Virus record (IMG/VR): IMGVR_UViG_3300021963_007714 | Span: 32,001 to 96,000 of that record | From: a virus | Length of the DNA: 64,000 bases | Reading direction: 5' to 3' (one strand) | In this document: piece by piece, positions 1-14,400 of the stretch | Position numbering within the stretch: the first letter of the stretch is position 1 | Layout of the letters: every line of letters begins with the position of its first letter | The notes under the pieces: model-generated | What the model was told of the DNA's origin: nothing | The model's database searches: none | The model's input: the letters and a program-made list of their open reading frames with translations, nothing else | Program-made: the position numbers and the translations under genes

Positions 1-2406
1 TCAGGAGCAATAGGTCCTAGTGGTGTTCAGGGACCACAGGGTGCTCAAGGAGATACAGGCTCGCAAGGACCACAAGGGCCTACAGGTCTAACAGGTGCAA
101 CAGGAGTAACAGGTCCTCAGGGCATCCAGGGCGATCAAGGCATAACAGGCCCACAAGGTGTTCAGGGAGCAACCGGTCCCCAAGGAGCGCAAGGTAATGT
201 TGGTCCACAAGGTCCACAAGGTCTTACTGGTCCACAAGGTCTTACTGGTCCTCAAGGAGCACAAGGGCAGACAGGTCCGCAGGGTCCACAAGGTGTACCT
301 GGACAGAGTTCTAGTATTTTTCAATTCAAGGCAAATACAACAGCAACTATAGGTGATCCTGGTTCAGGACATTTGATATGGAACAGTATTACACAAACTT
401 CGGCGACAAGTATTACCTTAAGCCACCTTACTAGCAACAGTTTAGATATAGAATATCTTTTAGGATTCTTACAAAATAATGATACTATTAGAATCCAAGA
501 ATCTGGTGTAAGTGAGAATTTCCAAAGTTGGCGTGTTATAGGAAATAGCACTGTTACAGTTGGTAGTTATGTAAGTGTACCAGTTTCGTTATTATCTAGC
601 AGTTATTCATTTACTAGCGAACAAGATCTTATAGTTGTTGTAACATATCCAGGACCAACTGGCCCACAGGGTCCTACAGGATTAACAGGAGCCACGGGAG
701 CAACAGGACCACAAGGTCCCACTGGTGCTGATGGTACTAGTGTTACTATAGTAGGTACAACTTCTACTCAATCAGGATTGCCATTCCCATATGGAGGAGC
801 TACGGGTGATGGTTATATTACATCAGGCGATGGGCATCTTTGGATTTATGGTTCTGGAACTTGGACTGATGTAGGAACCATTGTAGGTCCAGAAGGACCT
901 AGTGGTGTACAAGGACCTCAAGGTCCGATTGGTGTACAAGGACCACAAGGAGCCAGTGGCGTTAGTGGACCACAGGGTGTTAGAGGTCTACAAGGACCTC
1001 AAGGACCAAGCGGTGCTTCTGGAGTTCAAGGTCCTCAAGGAATAGCCGGCCCACAAGGCATAACTGGACCACAAGGAGCTAGTGGAGCTACAGGGCAGGA
1101 TGGTCCACAGGGTGTAACTGGTCCACAAGGAGCTAGTGGTGTAAGCGGGCCACAGGGACCTATAGGCGCTACGGGTGTTGCTGGACCACAAGGGGTACAA
1201 GGGCCACAAGGAGTCAGTGGACCACAAGGCATAGCAGGACCGGAAGGTATACAAGGACCGGAGGGACCACAGGGCCTAACTGGACCACAAGGCTTACAAG
1301 GACCACAAGGAGTAAGTGGACCACAAGGGGCACAGGGGAATACAGGTACTACGGCTACTATAACAATAGGTGTAGTTACTAGTGGAACAACTGCTTCTGT
1401 AACAAATACAGGTAATCAATATGAAGCTGTTCTGAATTTTGTTGTACCTGTAGGTCCTCAAGGGCCTCAAGGTCCAGCTGGGGCTACTGGGACAGAAGGT
1501 CCACAAGGGCCGAGTGGAGCAAGTGGTGTCAGTGGGCCATCTGGTCCCCAAGGTGTAAAAGGTGACACTGCTACTCTCACAGTAAGTTTAATCAGTATTG
1601 CTGGAACTTATTCAAATACTGTTACAAATGTTTCTGCTTTAAGATTTGATAGCGATAGTGGTTTTGATGTAATTGACCTTGGTTCTGGTAATGCTAAGAT
1701 ACAACTTAATTCTACATTTAAGTATTGGAATGTAGATGGAAATCCTGGATTAGTTGCCGAAGGATTAGATACTGTAAATTTCATAGCCAGTACAGGCTCA
1801 CAGATTGTTGCTCTTATATCTGGAACTAACAAGTCCATAACTTTTTCAATAAGACCGGCTACTACATCTAGTCTTGGTGGTATTAAAGTAGGTTCCGGCC
1901 TAAGCATTACACCAGACGGAACTCTCAGCGCATTTGGTGGTGATTATAATACGTTAATCAATAAACCTTTTATACCAAGCACTTTAAACGACTTAAGTGA
2001 TGTAAACACAAGCGGAGCTCTTTCTGGGCAAGTGCTAAAATATGATGGATCTAACTGGACGCCTCAGGCTGATCTAGTAGGATCCGGTGCTCTTACAACA
2101 ATAAAAACATTCAATGTGCTAGGTAGATTTAATGCGCCTGTGCTTGGAAAAGCAATATTTGTACCCCCTACAGCAGATACCATTAGATCAATAACACTCA
2201 CTAACGGAGGGGGCGTTGTAGGCAATGATCTTATGGTAGGATTATATAGAAATAACGAATTATTGAATTTCTTTACAATTCCTGCAGGATATTTTAGGCA
2301 AAATTATTCAGGATTAAATTTTTATATTAGTACTACTGATTATATCACAGTCAGTGTGGTGGCAGGACAAGGGGAAAACTTCTCGATGACCCTACTGAAC
2401 GCATGA
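1..2406 (+). CDS. Collagen-like (Gly-X-Y) tail fibre/structural protein, 5'-truncated by window
   Basis: Frame open from base 1 and in frame with the 373..2406 ORF; long GPQ/GAT/GPS triplet runs separated by globular segments; C-terminal [16 protein letters not shown] and LNDLSDV fibre motifs. Confidence 0.85.
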   Translation, partial: SGAIGPSGVQGPQGAQGDTGSQGPQGPTGLTGATGVTGPQGIQGDQGITGPQGVQGATGPQGAQGNVGPQGPQGLTGPQGLTGPQGAQGQTGPQGPQGVPGQSSSIFQFKANTTATIGDPGSGHLIWNSITQTSATSITLSHLTSNSLDIEYLLGFLQNNDTIRIQESGVSENFQSWRVIGNSTVTVGSYVSVPVSLLSSSYSFTSEQDLIVVVTYPGPTGPQGPTGLTGATGATGPQGPTGADGTSVTIVGTTSTQSGLPFPYGGATGDGYITSGDGHLWIYGSGTWTDVGTIVGPEGPSGVQGPQGPIGVQGPQGASGVSGPQGVRGLQGPQGPSGASGVQGPQGIAGPQGITGPQGASGATGQDGPQGVTGPQGASGVSGPQGPIGATGVAGPQGVQGPQGVSGPQGIAGPEGIQGPEGPQGLTGPQGLQGPQGVSGPQGAQGNTGTTATITIGVVTSGTTASVTNTGNQYEAVLNFVVPVGPQGPQGPAGATGTEGPQGPSGASGVSGPSGPQGVKGDTATLTVSLISIAGTYSNTVTNVSALRFDSDSGFDVIDLGSGNAKIQLNSTFKYWNVDGNPGLVAEGLDTVNFIASTGSQIVALISGTNKSITFSIRPATTSSLGGIKVGSGLSITPDGTLSAFGGDYNTLINKPFIPSTLNDLSDVNTSGALSGQVLKYDGSNWTPQADLVGSGALTTIKTFNVLGRFNAPVLGKAIFVPPTADTIRSITLTNGGGVVGNDLMVGLYRNNELLNFFTIPAGYFRQNYSGLNFYISTTDYITVSVVAGQGENFSMTLLNA

Positions 2407-2410
2407 TTTT

Positions 2411-2418
2411 TATAAATA
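2411..2418 (+). promoter_or_regulatory. T4-type late promoter TATAAATA
   Basis: Exact gp55-type consensus upstream of a GTTGG/CCAAC hairpin, AGGAG RBS and the 2468 gene. Confidence 0.7.
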
Positions 2419-2467
2419 AATAAAATAAAAAGTACGTTGGAAAGTCCAACAATTAGGAGAAATTTAA

Positions 2468-5428
2468 ATGGCAACATTGAACGAATTAGGTAGAAATAGT
2501 GCCGCAATCACATATGGACCAAGCAGTTTAGGTGCTGATTCTTGGCCAACTCTGACACTTTGGGATCAGTGGTTGAGAAACGACACACTACAGGGCACAG
2601 CTACCGCATCATCTACCACAGTAACTGGTGTAGGTTCAGTATATTTGACACAATTGAGAGCAGGAGATGTTGTTCTCATTGCAGGTCAACAAAGAACTGT
2701 AGCATCTGTGGCCAGTGACACAAGCTTTTCTGTTACAGTAGCATTTAGTCCTGCTATTACAGTGGCAAGTGCTGTGAAATTTATTAATACAACACTTACA
2801 GGAACAGCTGGTGCAACTGTTCGTCAAAGTACCAATGGTACTGTGTCTGTGGTCAGTGGACTAACGCAGGTTGTAGGTACAGGTACTTATTTCTTAAGTG
2901 ATATGACAAGTGCTGTGACTACTGGCAGCGCAATGGCAGGAACTATCAGCATTGACGTTAGTGGTAATGTAACAGGTTCTGGTACATCATTCTTAACTGG
3001 CGCCAGTGCTAATCAATTACAGCCAGGTGACTGTCTATGGATTAACACAGCTACAACTTCATATCTAGTAGTTGCTTCTGTGGTAAGTGATACTACTGCA
3101 ACAGTTGTAACTGCACCTAGCGGAGCGATTTCAGGTGGAACATATGCTAAAGCGACCAACGGTGTAATTGGAAGATATATCAGTATCAATGGTAGATTCC
3201 GCCAGGTTACTAGCATTGAGAATAATACCAGTATGTATGTTAATGCAGCTTGGGATTTCACTGACAGCGGCATGAAAGTAAAAACTTTCCCAAGGGGTAC
3301 AGTGGCAGTAAGTGCCGGAACATCTAATGTGACAGGATCAAATACAAACTTTTTCTGGGATTTTGTTTCAGGTGACCAAGTTTGGTTTGGTGATGAATTA
3401 CGTACAATGACTTTTAGTTCCCCCACAGTAGCTACAATTACTGATTATTCAGGATATTCAGGAACTGCTATTGGTGTTCTGCGTCAAGGCTTTTCAGGAT
3501 TACCACTACACAGGGAAGATACATACATCACGGGTTCAGGAACAGCATTTTTAACAGAATTGCGAGTTGGTGATGATCTAATTATTAATGGCACTGAATG
3601 TACGGTAACACAAATTTTAAGTAATACCTTAATGAGAGTCAATATAGATTGGACGCATACTATTAGTGGACAAACTATATATAAGAAACGTAAAGTGCAT
3701 GGTTGGATATTAGAGGGTACAAGAGAGGGTTCTGGTTCTGCAGGTAAGTTTACTACAAGTGATAGCATGTTGATCACAGCAAATACCTTTGCTATAGCAG
3801 GAACAAACACAATTACATTAAATAATGCTAGTTCATTTAACCAATATGCTTTTGTTAAGATTCAAGGTGCTGGTGGACCTCCTGTTGCCCTAAGTGGACA
3901 AATTAATACTGTTAGTGGTAGCACTACTATTACAGGTGTTAATACTCTGTTTACAAGCCAATTACACGTAGGTGCTGAAATCTGTATTGCTGGTCAATAT
4001 TTTACTGTTACAGCGATTGCCAGTGATACCAGCCTTACAGTGAATGCTTCAATGAGTGTTACTGGTCCTACTCCAATATATAGGACTACACCGTTGTATA
4101 CCTATATTGCCAGTAAGGTCTCAAATACATTAACATTGGGTACCACAATCAAAAATACATTGACATCCACAGGTGCTAATCCTCCATTGGTATATACTCC
4201 TAGTGCTGCTACAGACTTTTTAGAGTATGTCTATAGTGCTCCCAATAAGACAGCAGAAGCTAGCGTTACATTGTTTAACACGAGCTTAGATCGCAAGTAT
4301 ATGGGCGTTAGATTTTATCCATTAGCTACTGGTGGCGGTTCTGGTAATACATTGGCAACTGCCGGTGCAGCATACAATACCACAGTATATGAGCGTTGGA
4401 CAGCAACTCATGCTCAAACAAATGGTGTTGGTATCAATCAAGCTGATCGTAGTGGTAATACTGATGCACTAAGTGGTGTAACTGATATTACAAGTTGCTA
4501 CCAAACAACAGGTGGATTCTTATATCTATTTGCCAAGCCTCGATATTTTATCGTACAGGGCAAGTCATTTAGTAACCTATTCCAACCATGGGTAGGATGT
4601 GTAGAATTTGAGCGTGCTCAACCAGAAGATACAGGTACAGGCTTAGGTGTAAGTACAGGTATTAGTTTTGCTACTGCTCCGACCACTACAACAGCTTTAT
4701 CAGGTACCCCTGCTATAGCTCCATGGCCTTGCTTTGCATATTTCCATAGCAATAGATTCCCATTGGGCAGCGAACAGACACCTACAGCACCTGTAAACTT
4801 TACTACTGGTCATGCTGTACACGGTGGTATATTTGCTGTTCCTAGAATTAGATCAAGCACTGGTGATTTGGTTGGATTAAATGCTCATGTTTATAGTGCA
4901 GCTACAATTACAACTGGACGTTGGGGACACTTATACGACCTACGTGCTGGCGGTTCTTACAATGATCCTACTACTGCTATTGCTGGTGGTGCAATTACAG
5001 CAACAGCCAATACTGTACCTCAACCACACCTTGGACATTTGGTGCCAGTGAACACTAACATTTACAATGCTAAACGTTTTATGTTTAGCCCAGTGGTAGT
5101 ATTAGGTCCAAGTTATGATCCAGATATCCGTGGTAGAATTTATGGATTAAAGATTATACCTGCTGGTTTAGGAACATTGATGGATACCGTTAGTGTTACA
5201 ATAGACAGTAATGATTTTTATGATTCGACACAATCAGCGCAGGATCATTGGGTGGTTACTGTTGCCAATCAATCTTCTGGATTGCCTAGCATTTTAACTT
5301 ATAGATTCTATCTAAATAGTAACCTTGCTCCACAGGCATATAGAAGTATTGAGGATGTTGGTGCGGCTACATCAGCTAACACTAAGACCACATTCGCTAA
5401 TAACTTTAGATTTGCTATACCGGCTTAA
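2468..5428 (+). CDS. Virion structural protein with tandem beta-rich repeats
   Basis: 986 aa, Thr/Ser/Gly rich; repeated VTGxGTxFxTxLxxGDxIxIxG...TVxxIxSDT units; AGGAG RBS. Confidence 0.65.
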   Translation: MATLNELGRNSAAITYGPSSLGADSWPTLTLWDQWLRNDTLQGTATASSTTVTGVGSVYLTQLRAGDVVLIAGQQRTVASVASDTSFSVTVAFSPAITVASAVKFINTTLTGTAGATVRQSTNGTVSVVSGLTQVVGTGTYFLSDMTSAVTTGSAMAGTISIDVSGNVTGSGTSFLTGASANQLQPGDCLWINTATTSYLVVASVVSDTTATVVTAPSGAISGGTYAKATNGVIGRYISINGRFRQVTSIENNTSMYVNAAWDFTDSGMKVKTFPRGTVAVSAGTSNVTGSNTNFFWDFVSGDQVWFGDELRTMTFSSPTVATITDYSGYSGTAIGVLRQGFSGLPLHREDTYITGSGTAFLTELRVGDDLIINGTECTVTQILSNTLMRVNIDWTHTISGQTIYKKRKVHGWILEGTREGSGSAGKFTTSDSMLITANTFAIAGTNTITLNNASSFNQYAFVKIQGAGGPPVALSGQINTVSGSTTITGVNTLFTSQLHVGAEICIAGQYFTVTAIASDTSLTVNASMSVTGPTPIYRTTPLYTYIASKVSNTLTLGTTIKNTLTSTGANPPLVYTPSAATDFLEYVYSAPNKTAEASVTLFNTSLDRKYMGVRFYPLATGGGSGNTLATAGAAYNTTVYERWTATHAQTNGVGINQADRSGNTDALSGVTDITSCYQTTGGFLYLFAKPRYFIVQGKSFSNLFQPWVGCVEFERAQPEDTGTGLGVSTGISFATAPTTTTALSGTPAIAPWPCFAYFHSNRFPLGSEQTPTAPVNFTTGHAVHGGIFAVPRIRSSTGDLVGLNAHVYSAATITTGRWGHLYDLRAGGSYNDPTTAIAGGAITATANTVPQPHLGHLVPVNTNIYNAKRFMFSPVVVLGPSYDPDIRGRIYGLKIIPAGLGTLMDTVSVTIDSNDFYDSTQSAQDHWVVTVANQSSGLPSILTYRFYLNSNLAPQAYRSIEDVGAATSANTKTTFANNFRFAIPA

Positions 5429-5445
5429 CGGCGTCTAGAGCATAG

Positions 5446-5478
5446 AAAAAGCCAGCAGAACACGCTGGCTTTTTTTTT
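5446..5478 (+). terminator. Rho-independent terminator
   Basis: AAAAAGCCAGC-agaacac-GCTGGCTTTTTTTTT. Confidence 0.9.
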
Positions 5479-5493
5479 GGTAAATATGATATC

Positions 5494-8400
5494 ATGCCGA
5501 TCTTAGTGTTTCCTCCTCCCGGTTCACCCGGTTCACAAGCTTTAACTGCTACCTTCGTAGTAGTAGTACCAGAAGCTGGAACACCTAAACAAGTCCTTCA
5601 AAGTATATCAACCTCTACTGTAACTGTTTTTATACAGGAAGGTATTCCAGTCACCAGTCAACCTGCGTATTATTCAGCAGATGTAGTTAATTGGTATATA
5701 AATGATAATACATTGTTGCCATTAACACCAGTAAGTCAAAGCACTATTACTTTGACCTATAGGTCAACACCTATCTACAATCCATTAAACAAGATTAAGA
5801 TAAGATCGTCTAGTTATGAATTTCCTATAATTGTTACACCTACTACAGTAACTAGCACTTCTCTTAGTTTTACCAATCCTATTGAACTTAATTTGCCAGT
5901 AATAAGCGATGCTAGGATATATTTTGGAGAAAATACAACTGTAGAGACGCCTAGGTATTCTGGAGATAGTGTCCCTACGTACGAATTAAAATACACAGGA
6001 AGAAAATTTCCTAAGATACCTGTGTTGGAAATTCCAGAGCGTGGATACCAACTAACTACCGTTACCAACACCACAGCTACCCTTGGACCAACAGTTGGGG
6101 TTCCTATAGTAAATCAAACATATTTTGATTCATCGAATTATGTTAATTACTACCTATATGATTCAGATATCTTTACTGTAACTCATAGTGTCCCGCCAAC
6201 GATAACAGTAAATTTTGTCTACGATCAGCGTATAAAAATTACCAACCTGATTAGAGTTGCCAATCAAGAATATACGTACCCTAGAGTTTTGACCCTAACA
6301 AGTTCAACTAATTCCAGTATAACATTTAATAATCCTGGAGATTTTGGTGTTTGGTCTCAAGGGTACATTTACTTTCAAGAAATCAATTCTATTCAAATAG
6401 CTAGTTACACAGCTACCAATAACACAGTACTATTGGGCAACTTTGATCTTGTAGCAAGAAGAAAAGTTAGAATTGGAGTAGAGTTAGCAGAACTGCCAAA
6501 CTTACCAAACGCAGAAGTTGTCCAAAAAAATGATCAGCTTAGGGCAATAGGATATCAATTTGGAAAGCCAGGCCCGAGTTTTCAAAATATCACAACCTCT
6601 AGTATTGTTATATTCCCTAATCCTGGATATTCAGCATTAACACAATCGGCCTATTACAGTTCTGACATTGTACGTAATTATATCTATGATGAAGATTTAT
6701 TCCCGTTAACTGCGTCAACAGAGTCAACTGTAGTTCTAACATTTAATCCTGTAGAATATATTAATTTAGTTAACAAAGTAAGAATTAGTGGAAGTAGCTA
6801 CACCTATCCAACTATACTAAATCTTACCAGTGCAACAAACACATCAGTTTCATTTGTCAATCCTGGTGATTTCCCAATTATATCAGAACCAGTAATTTAT
6901 TTTGGTCAGGACAGCATAACAGAAAATGTAAGATATTCAAGTGATCTAGTATCTGAATTTAGTTCGGCTTTGGTTTCAAATCCAGTTTTTAGAATTGTAC
7001 AACCATTATTTGAATTACGTCCTAGAGCAGCAATTTTAGTTACAGTAACTAACTATACCAGCACAATGTTTTCTAGTATAGGTATACCTATATTAAATCA
7101 AACTGCCTATTATACTTCAAATGTTGTAGATTACTATATAAATGATAATGATCTGTTGCCTTTGACCGCAATAAGCACAGCATCAATTACAATATCTTTC
7201 TTTAATAGCATATATACCAATCAGCTTAACAGAGTAAGAATAGCTAACGAAACTTATGAATATCCTAGAGTAATTAACCTCACAACATCAAATTCTACCA
7301 GTATAACTTTTAATAACCCTGGAGATTTTGGTATCATATCTGAAGGAAAAATCTATTTTCAAGAATCTGTGACACAGGTAAATTCAGTTTATAGTGAGTC
7401 ACCTTACCAGTTTAATATCGCCTATCCTACTCTAGATGTGAAGCGACATGTAAGAATAGGAGAACAATTTGTAGATACAACTCTAAGGGTAGGTAGCCAA
7501 GAATTATCAACTGTAACATCATCAGCTACCATTGTATACCCTGGACCAGCAATACCTATACCTTATTTGGAAAGTAAGTATTTGGCAGATGTGGTGAATT
7601 ATTATATCAATGATAATGATCTATTACCATTAACCAATTTAACTACGGCTTCGATCAGACTGAACTTTGCCTATACAACATTTCAAAACCCTATCAATAA
7701 AATTAGGATCTTTGGACCGGAGTATAACTATCCTAGATTAATCACGATAACCAGTGCTACAAATACCTATGTAGAATTCGCTAACCCCGGTGATTTACCA
7801 GTTATCAGTGATCCTAAATTTCAATTTGCTGAAAACAGTCAAATAGATACAGCTATCTACATAAGCCGAGATTTTGCTAATTTTACCTATCTGCCATATA
7901 GAAAAGTTAAATTAGGTAATGAAATAAAAGCCAGTTCTACCAGTACTATAACATCGGGTGCTGTGGCTAGATATAAATTTTCCTTACCACTTACTACACA
8001 ATTTTCTAATCAACTGCCTCCAAACATAGGTGCTATTAATGTATGGACAGCATTAGATCACGATCTACCATTCTTTAATACACCTCTCGTATATAATATT
8101 GCTCAAACAATTTATACAACTGGTTTTCCTGCTCCCGGTTTTTATACCTATACATCAGTTCAACGTGGAGATGTGGCCAGAGGCCTAGCACCAATAACTA
8201 TTCCAGGTGACATTGCTAGCTATACCAATAATTATTTGGTTTTCTTAGGCAGGGCTCCTTTAAGAGAACCTGCAGCAGGTTTGGTAAAAATAGGGCAAGG
8301 AGCACTTACAAGAAGAATAGTTGAACCAATTAGATTTACTCGTCCTAATATCTACATCACTGTTACATCAGCTACATCATTTGCTAGATCAGTTAACCTT

Positions 8401-11400
8401 CAAGATATACCTGCCAAATATACTAGTGATTATGTTTCATATTATCTTTATGATAATGACATTTTTACTATAACAAATCTTAGCACTGTAACTAGTTATG
8501 TATTGCCATTTATAGACAGCAATGTCAATTTAGATTTGTATACACCAGATAGCACAATACAATTGGCAAATAGAGATTCTGGGTATATCTATCCTAGTCC
8601 TATAACATTTACAAGCTATGATACTACTAGTGTTTCTATAACATTAGCTAGTGAATTGCCTATCATAAGTGGTCCTAGACTATTGTTTATACAGCCATCT
8701 AGTGTAGATATTTTATTAACTCAATCTACAGCTAGCTTTATAACAGCTCAAGGTAGCGTAGGTTCGCTCTATACACAAAGTCTGGTTTCTTCTATTCTAC
8801 CACCTGTATCACCTAGAGAAAGATTATTTTACAGCAGACTGGCACCTGGATATGGATTAAGAGGTATACCTATCGCGGAAAGTACCAGAAGCCAAATTTA
8901 TCCTATAGCGACAGTTACCACACCAAGAGTAGGCGAACATGTAGTAATAGGTGATCCATTCGCCAGCGTAGAACCTACACTAGGGTTAGGCAATTTTACA
9001 TTAAAGCCTAGACGCTCTCTTGTAGTCGGTGATGGCATCGCCATTGCTGGAAATATATTCCAGCCTAATAGAATTGAATATAGCAGATTCCCTGGAGTAT
9101 CACCAGGTGTAGATTTTGGTGTATATATAAGAACTCTATCCACTGTCACATCTAGCGCAGCGATAGTTTACCCAGGTCCGATTATACGAGTTCCTTACTT
9201 AGATAGTAATTACACCAGTGATGTAGTTAATTGGTATATTAATGAAGAAACTCTTTTACCTTTAACAGCAGTTTCTACAAGTACAATAAGGTTAACTTTT
9301 CAAAATACCAGTTATGTCAACCCGCTGAATAAGATACGTGTCTTTAATTCAAATTACACCTATCCTAATTCTATAACGCCAGGATTAATTAATTTAACCA
9401 GTGCTACAAACAACTACATTGAGTTTGCCAATCCAGGTAATTTTCCTGTAATAAGTGAACCAAGATTCCAGTTTGCAGAAATTAGTTCTGTAGATGTTGC
9501 CTTATTCTCTACAAGTGCAACTATTGTTCGTCCAATAGCATCTATATTGACTTCCACGTTGGTTACTGCAACTGTGTTTATGTCTTCGCTAGGAGCGGTT
9601 GATCTTATTACACGCCGTGTAAAAACAAACAACTTTATCAGTACAGATATTACAATTAGTTCTGGTGCTACAACACTTGACTATAGAAGAAAAAATCTAT
9701 TAGGATCAAATATTGCAGATGTACTGAGTACAGCTACACAGCTAACAGCAGGGACACTTACAACTAGAAGAAGTCTGCGTATTGGGGCGATTCTACAAGA
9801 TACACAAATTTCTACACCTGTAATAGCTAAATTTGATTTTATTGTTGCCCGTGCTAGAAGAATTTATAGTCAATGGGAAGGTTTTTACTCTAGTGCTACA
9901 CAAACTATCACACAAATTACTACCACTGCTACAATAAGATATCCTAATGTTGGTATTCCTATTATTTCGCAGCAGGCCAAGTACTCATCAGATGCTGTCA
10001 GCTGGTATATATATGATAATAATACACTGCCTATAAATCAAATTACAACAAGTTCTATAACCTATTTCTTTGATCCTTTTGCTTACATCAACCCAGATAA
10101 TGTGTTTAAAGCAGTAAATGAGCGTACTGGAGTAACACATGCGCCCTTATATGTTACGACTAGCACAGCTGGCAGCGTGACATTTGCAAATACAAGTATA
10201 CCTGTAGTTAGTGATCTAAAGATATATTTTGGCAGTTCATCTACACAAGATATAGTAACCTACAGCAGTCCTATTTTCCTACCTCGTACAGAATCATATG
10301 CTGACCAATTTACAGCAGTCAATAGAGCTAGTGTCCCTAGTGCTTTAAGAAATTATTACATGCACAAGATAGCTCCTGGGTACAACAGCGTGCAGGCAGT
10401 TTCATTTACTCATTTAACTGTGGGAGGTAGACCTCCTAGTCAATTAGACAACTATATTGGTACTGATGTTATTACTAATGAATCTGTCAACCTAGGTGCA
10501 TTACCAAGTAATAGGTATGATGTAGTTAATCAATATATCTATGATACAAATGTTCCACAAAGAACAACAGGTTACGATAGCAATATTACATTGAATTTTG
10601 ATAATAATAATGTTCCAGGAGTAACACCACTGAGATTTAAGCTTGGTCAAACTGTTAGATTTACCCAAAGTGAAAGCACATATACCGGTACAGCTACAAT
10701 AACAATATCAAACCTACAAGGCGTAACGTTTTCAACACCATCTGGATTTCCTGTCCTTGGCGGCATTGTAGTAACCAATATTACCACAGCCAGTTACAGC
10801 GTGGATTGGGCCTTTAGAGATTTATCAGACAAAGTTACATTTAGGAATAATACAAGGGTTTTAGAAAATCTTGCGCAGGTTGGAAGAAAACCTAATCTAA
10901 GAGGAATCAGTATTTTCTTAGAAAGAGGTATAACACATCAGCATACTTTACATAAAACAACCAGTGACGGTCTAGATTTTTATCGTGATTCGAGATTAGA
11001 GGGAGATTACCCTGTACAAACTACAGGAAGGTCTGCGGCTGAACCAATATTAATACCTACACCTGATCTGCGTAATCCTTATAATATTATTAATTCCTAT
11101 ATTTTTGATGATAATATTATTACCAATAATGCCAGAGCTGATAGAATACAATACAATGCTGTACAAAATTATATCTATGACAATGAAATATTTACAAGGT
11201 CAGTGATATCAGCATTTACAGGTACTAACCTCGTTACCTATGATTTTGATAGGAGAGATTTCAATACATTCCCAGCTGGTAGTATGATAAGGTTAAAGTA
11301 TGGTCTTAACCAAATTACTACAGCAACGGTAGTGAGCAGTACCGTATATGGAGTTACAATTCAAGATATAAAACAGTTTCCCGGTGCTAACAATCTAACT

Positions 11401-14400
11401 ATTTCTAGATATCCAGCTACTCTAGCCAATCAATTTACTGATAATTTCACAATTGATAACAAGGGGTATGCCATTTACAATTATTTGCTGGCTAGAATGG
11501 CCCCTGGTATTAGAAAAGGTTATACCAGTAACATATTTTACGCCAGTGAAACAAGTAGATTAGGGCCTTTACCTAAGTTATCAAGTAGTATTGTAGTCAA
11601 ACCAGATTCATGGTATGCTAGTAGAACAGTTACATCTGTCCAAACAAGTTCTACTATTGTATATCCTAATGGCAGGATTGAAATAACAGGTCGTAGTCAA
11701 GAATATACCAATAACACAGTTAACCAATACATCTTTGATAGAGATATATTTGTTGGTTCTTATATACTGTTCAATTCAACATATCTATTAGATAGCAATC
11801 AATACGCTACACCCAATGCAGATCGAATTCAATACAACAGTGTGAATATATACACTTATGATTTAGAATTATATTCAAGAACCAATATATTCCTAGACAG
11901 ATCAGTTATAACCTTGTATTTTAATAAGAATACCATAGTAATTAATCCTAACAACATCGTTAGAGTTAGTAACCAGATTACAGGATACAGCAACACCTTT
12001 ACAATTTTTAATGTTACATCTAGATCAGTTGACCTGCTGAATCCTAATCCATATAGTACATTCCCATCTATAAGTAACCTATTTTTAGAATTTGGTGTAG
12101 TAACAACAAGCGATTCGGCAAGCTTCAGTAATTATAATCGCATACCGATTCTTACACAATCTAATCTACCTGTGAGATCTCCTAGTGTAAGAAGAATCGA
12201 AACCAGTGCTACAACAATGGTTATGAGCTTGCCTACATATAGAGATAGGCTAACCACTGCTGCGAAGGTAATTGCTCCTACACAAATTTCTACTCAGGTA
12301 GCTAAGTCTTCTATAAAGATCAGTATAGGGTCAACTGTAGTAAGTCAAAATTTCAATAGAACTCTAACAGGTATAACCACTTCTACCTCAATTGTCTATC
12401 ATAGTTCAAGAGTGGCGCAAGTTACCGCTATAGGCAATAAATTCACGAACAATATTGTAAGCCTGTACACATTTGAAAGAGATATAATTGTTACTCAAAC
12501 TATTATCAGTCCTACTATAGATGTTTACTATCAAAACATTGTTCCTACTCTTAACTATGATAAGGTAAAAATTGAGCGTGCCGATACAGGTTACTCATTT
12601 GAAAGTAACATAATCAGTTTCCATGCTGGTGTTAGCGGTCTTCCACCTTATATAAAATTACCAGTAAGTATAGGATTCCCTGAAGTCAGCGCAACTCCTA
12701 TATTTTTATCGTTTGGTATTGCTATTCAAAATAATACTCCAATTTATACTGATAGTAACCAAATTGGTTATGTACCTTTACAGAGATATATTAGACAGAA
12801 AAATCAAATATTAACCCCAGTAGTTCAGGCCATTGATGTACCAATGGATCTGCGCAAAACTTGGACTGGTTCTACTGCTAGTAGTGTTATATCATATAGC
12901 GGTAATTATGGATTATTACCTGCTCCGGCAAGTTACACAAGTGATTATGTTTCCACCTATATCAATGATAGTGATATTTTTGTAATCACTCCGTTGGCCT
13001 CTACATCAACCGTTGTTTTAAATTTCCAAACTCACTTAGATATAGTGACTAATTTGAATGAAAACAATGTGATTAGGTTAAGCAACGGAACTAACGAATG
13101 GCAAGCTATTCTTACTCCTACAAATGTGTCAACGACTGCAATCACTTTTACTTACGTTAATTTTCCAGTGATTAGTGAACCTCAGGTATCGTTCCAAAGA
13201 ACCAGTAGTATTGCTACAGCAACTTATACAATGTCAAGAAGTGGCATCTATGTGGAATCTTTGTCCAAACAGACTGTACAGGTTAAAGCAGTAGAGCGTC
13301 GTCCAGAATATGCTGTTACTCGTCAAGGCATAAAATTAATTGGAGAAATAAGTTATCCAGTTAGAACTCTAAGCACTGTAACATCTACCGCCACAATAAG
13401 TTATCCTGGACCTGGCATTGAAATCATAGCTAGAAACAATTTTGATGTCTATAACATTGTATCAGAATATACGTTTGATAGTAATATAATAAGGTCTACA
13501 TCTGTATTAGACACAGTTCAATATAATACTGTTAATCTTTATACCTTCGACAGAGATATATGGATTAGATCGGTCATACGAGAAAACATTACATTATTTT
13601 ATACATTAAACGGACCAAATCCTAGCAACATAATCAAACTATACAAGACTAATACAGGTTATGAAGCAACACCTACTGTACTAGCATTTACTAATTACGA
13701 AGATGGGAAAAAATCAGTTACCATAGCCTATGAACCTAACTTCCCATCAATAAGCAATATGTTTATTCAGTTTGGGTTCAACAGTATTTCTAGCACACCA
13801 ATTTACTTAGATAATAATAGAATACCGTTGGTTACTGGTCCTAGATTCTTAACCAAGAACTATAGGATTCTAAGTTTTGTTCCTGAAGTTAAAGAAGTAT
13901 ATAACCAAAAACAAACACTGACTACTGTAACAACTACTGCTACACAGGTTTTTCCAAATTATGGAATACATACAAGTCATATACCTGCTACCTACACCAG
14001 TGACTATGTAACTTACTATACATATGATAATGATCTGTTCCCACTGACTACAATTAGTCAACCTGGTAATATTACTCTATTCTTTACACCAACTGATTAT
14101 ATTAACAATACCAATCAAATAAGATTAGGTAATAAAGAATATACCTATCCTAGTGTAATAAATTTAACCAGTGCTACTAATACCAGTGTTAGCTTTAACA
14201 TTGTGGGATCATTCCCTATTATATCAGACCCCACAATATTTTTTGCCGAAAACTCGTATATCGACACGGCTATCTATACAGTCTCATCTAGACCTATCAC
14301 CTATGATATTATTAAGCCACAAGGTATAAAATTACAGGATCCATCCAGACCGATTATCACTAAATCAACACTAACAACATTTGTAACTCCTGTAACACAG

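Noticed and set aside
1-1560. 9-nt periodic repeats (ggaccacaa etc.) as a DNA repeat array or CRISPR
   Set aside because: Explained by collagen Gly-X-Y coding; no repeat-spacer structure
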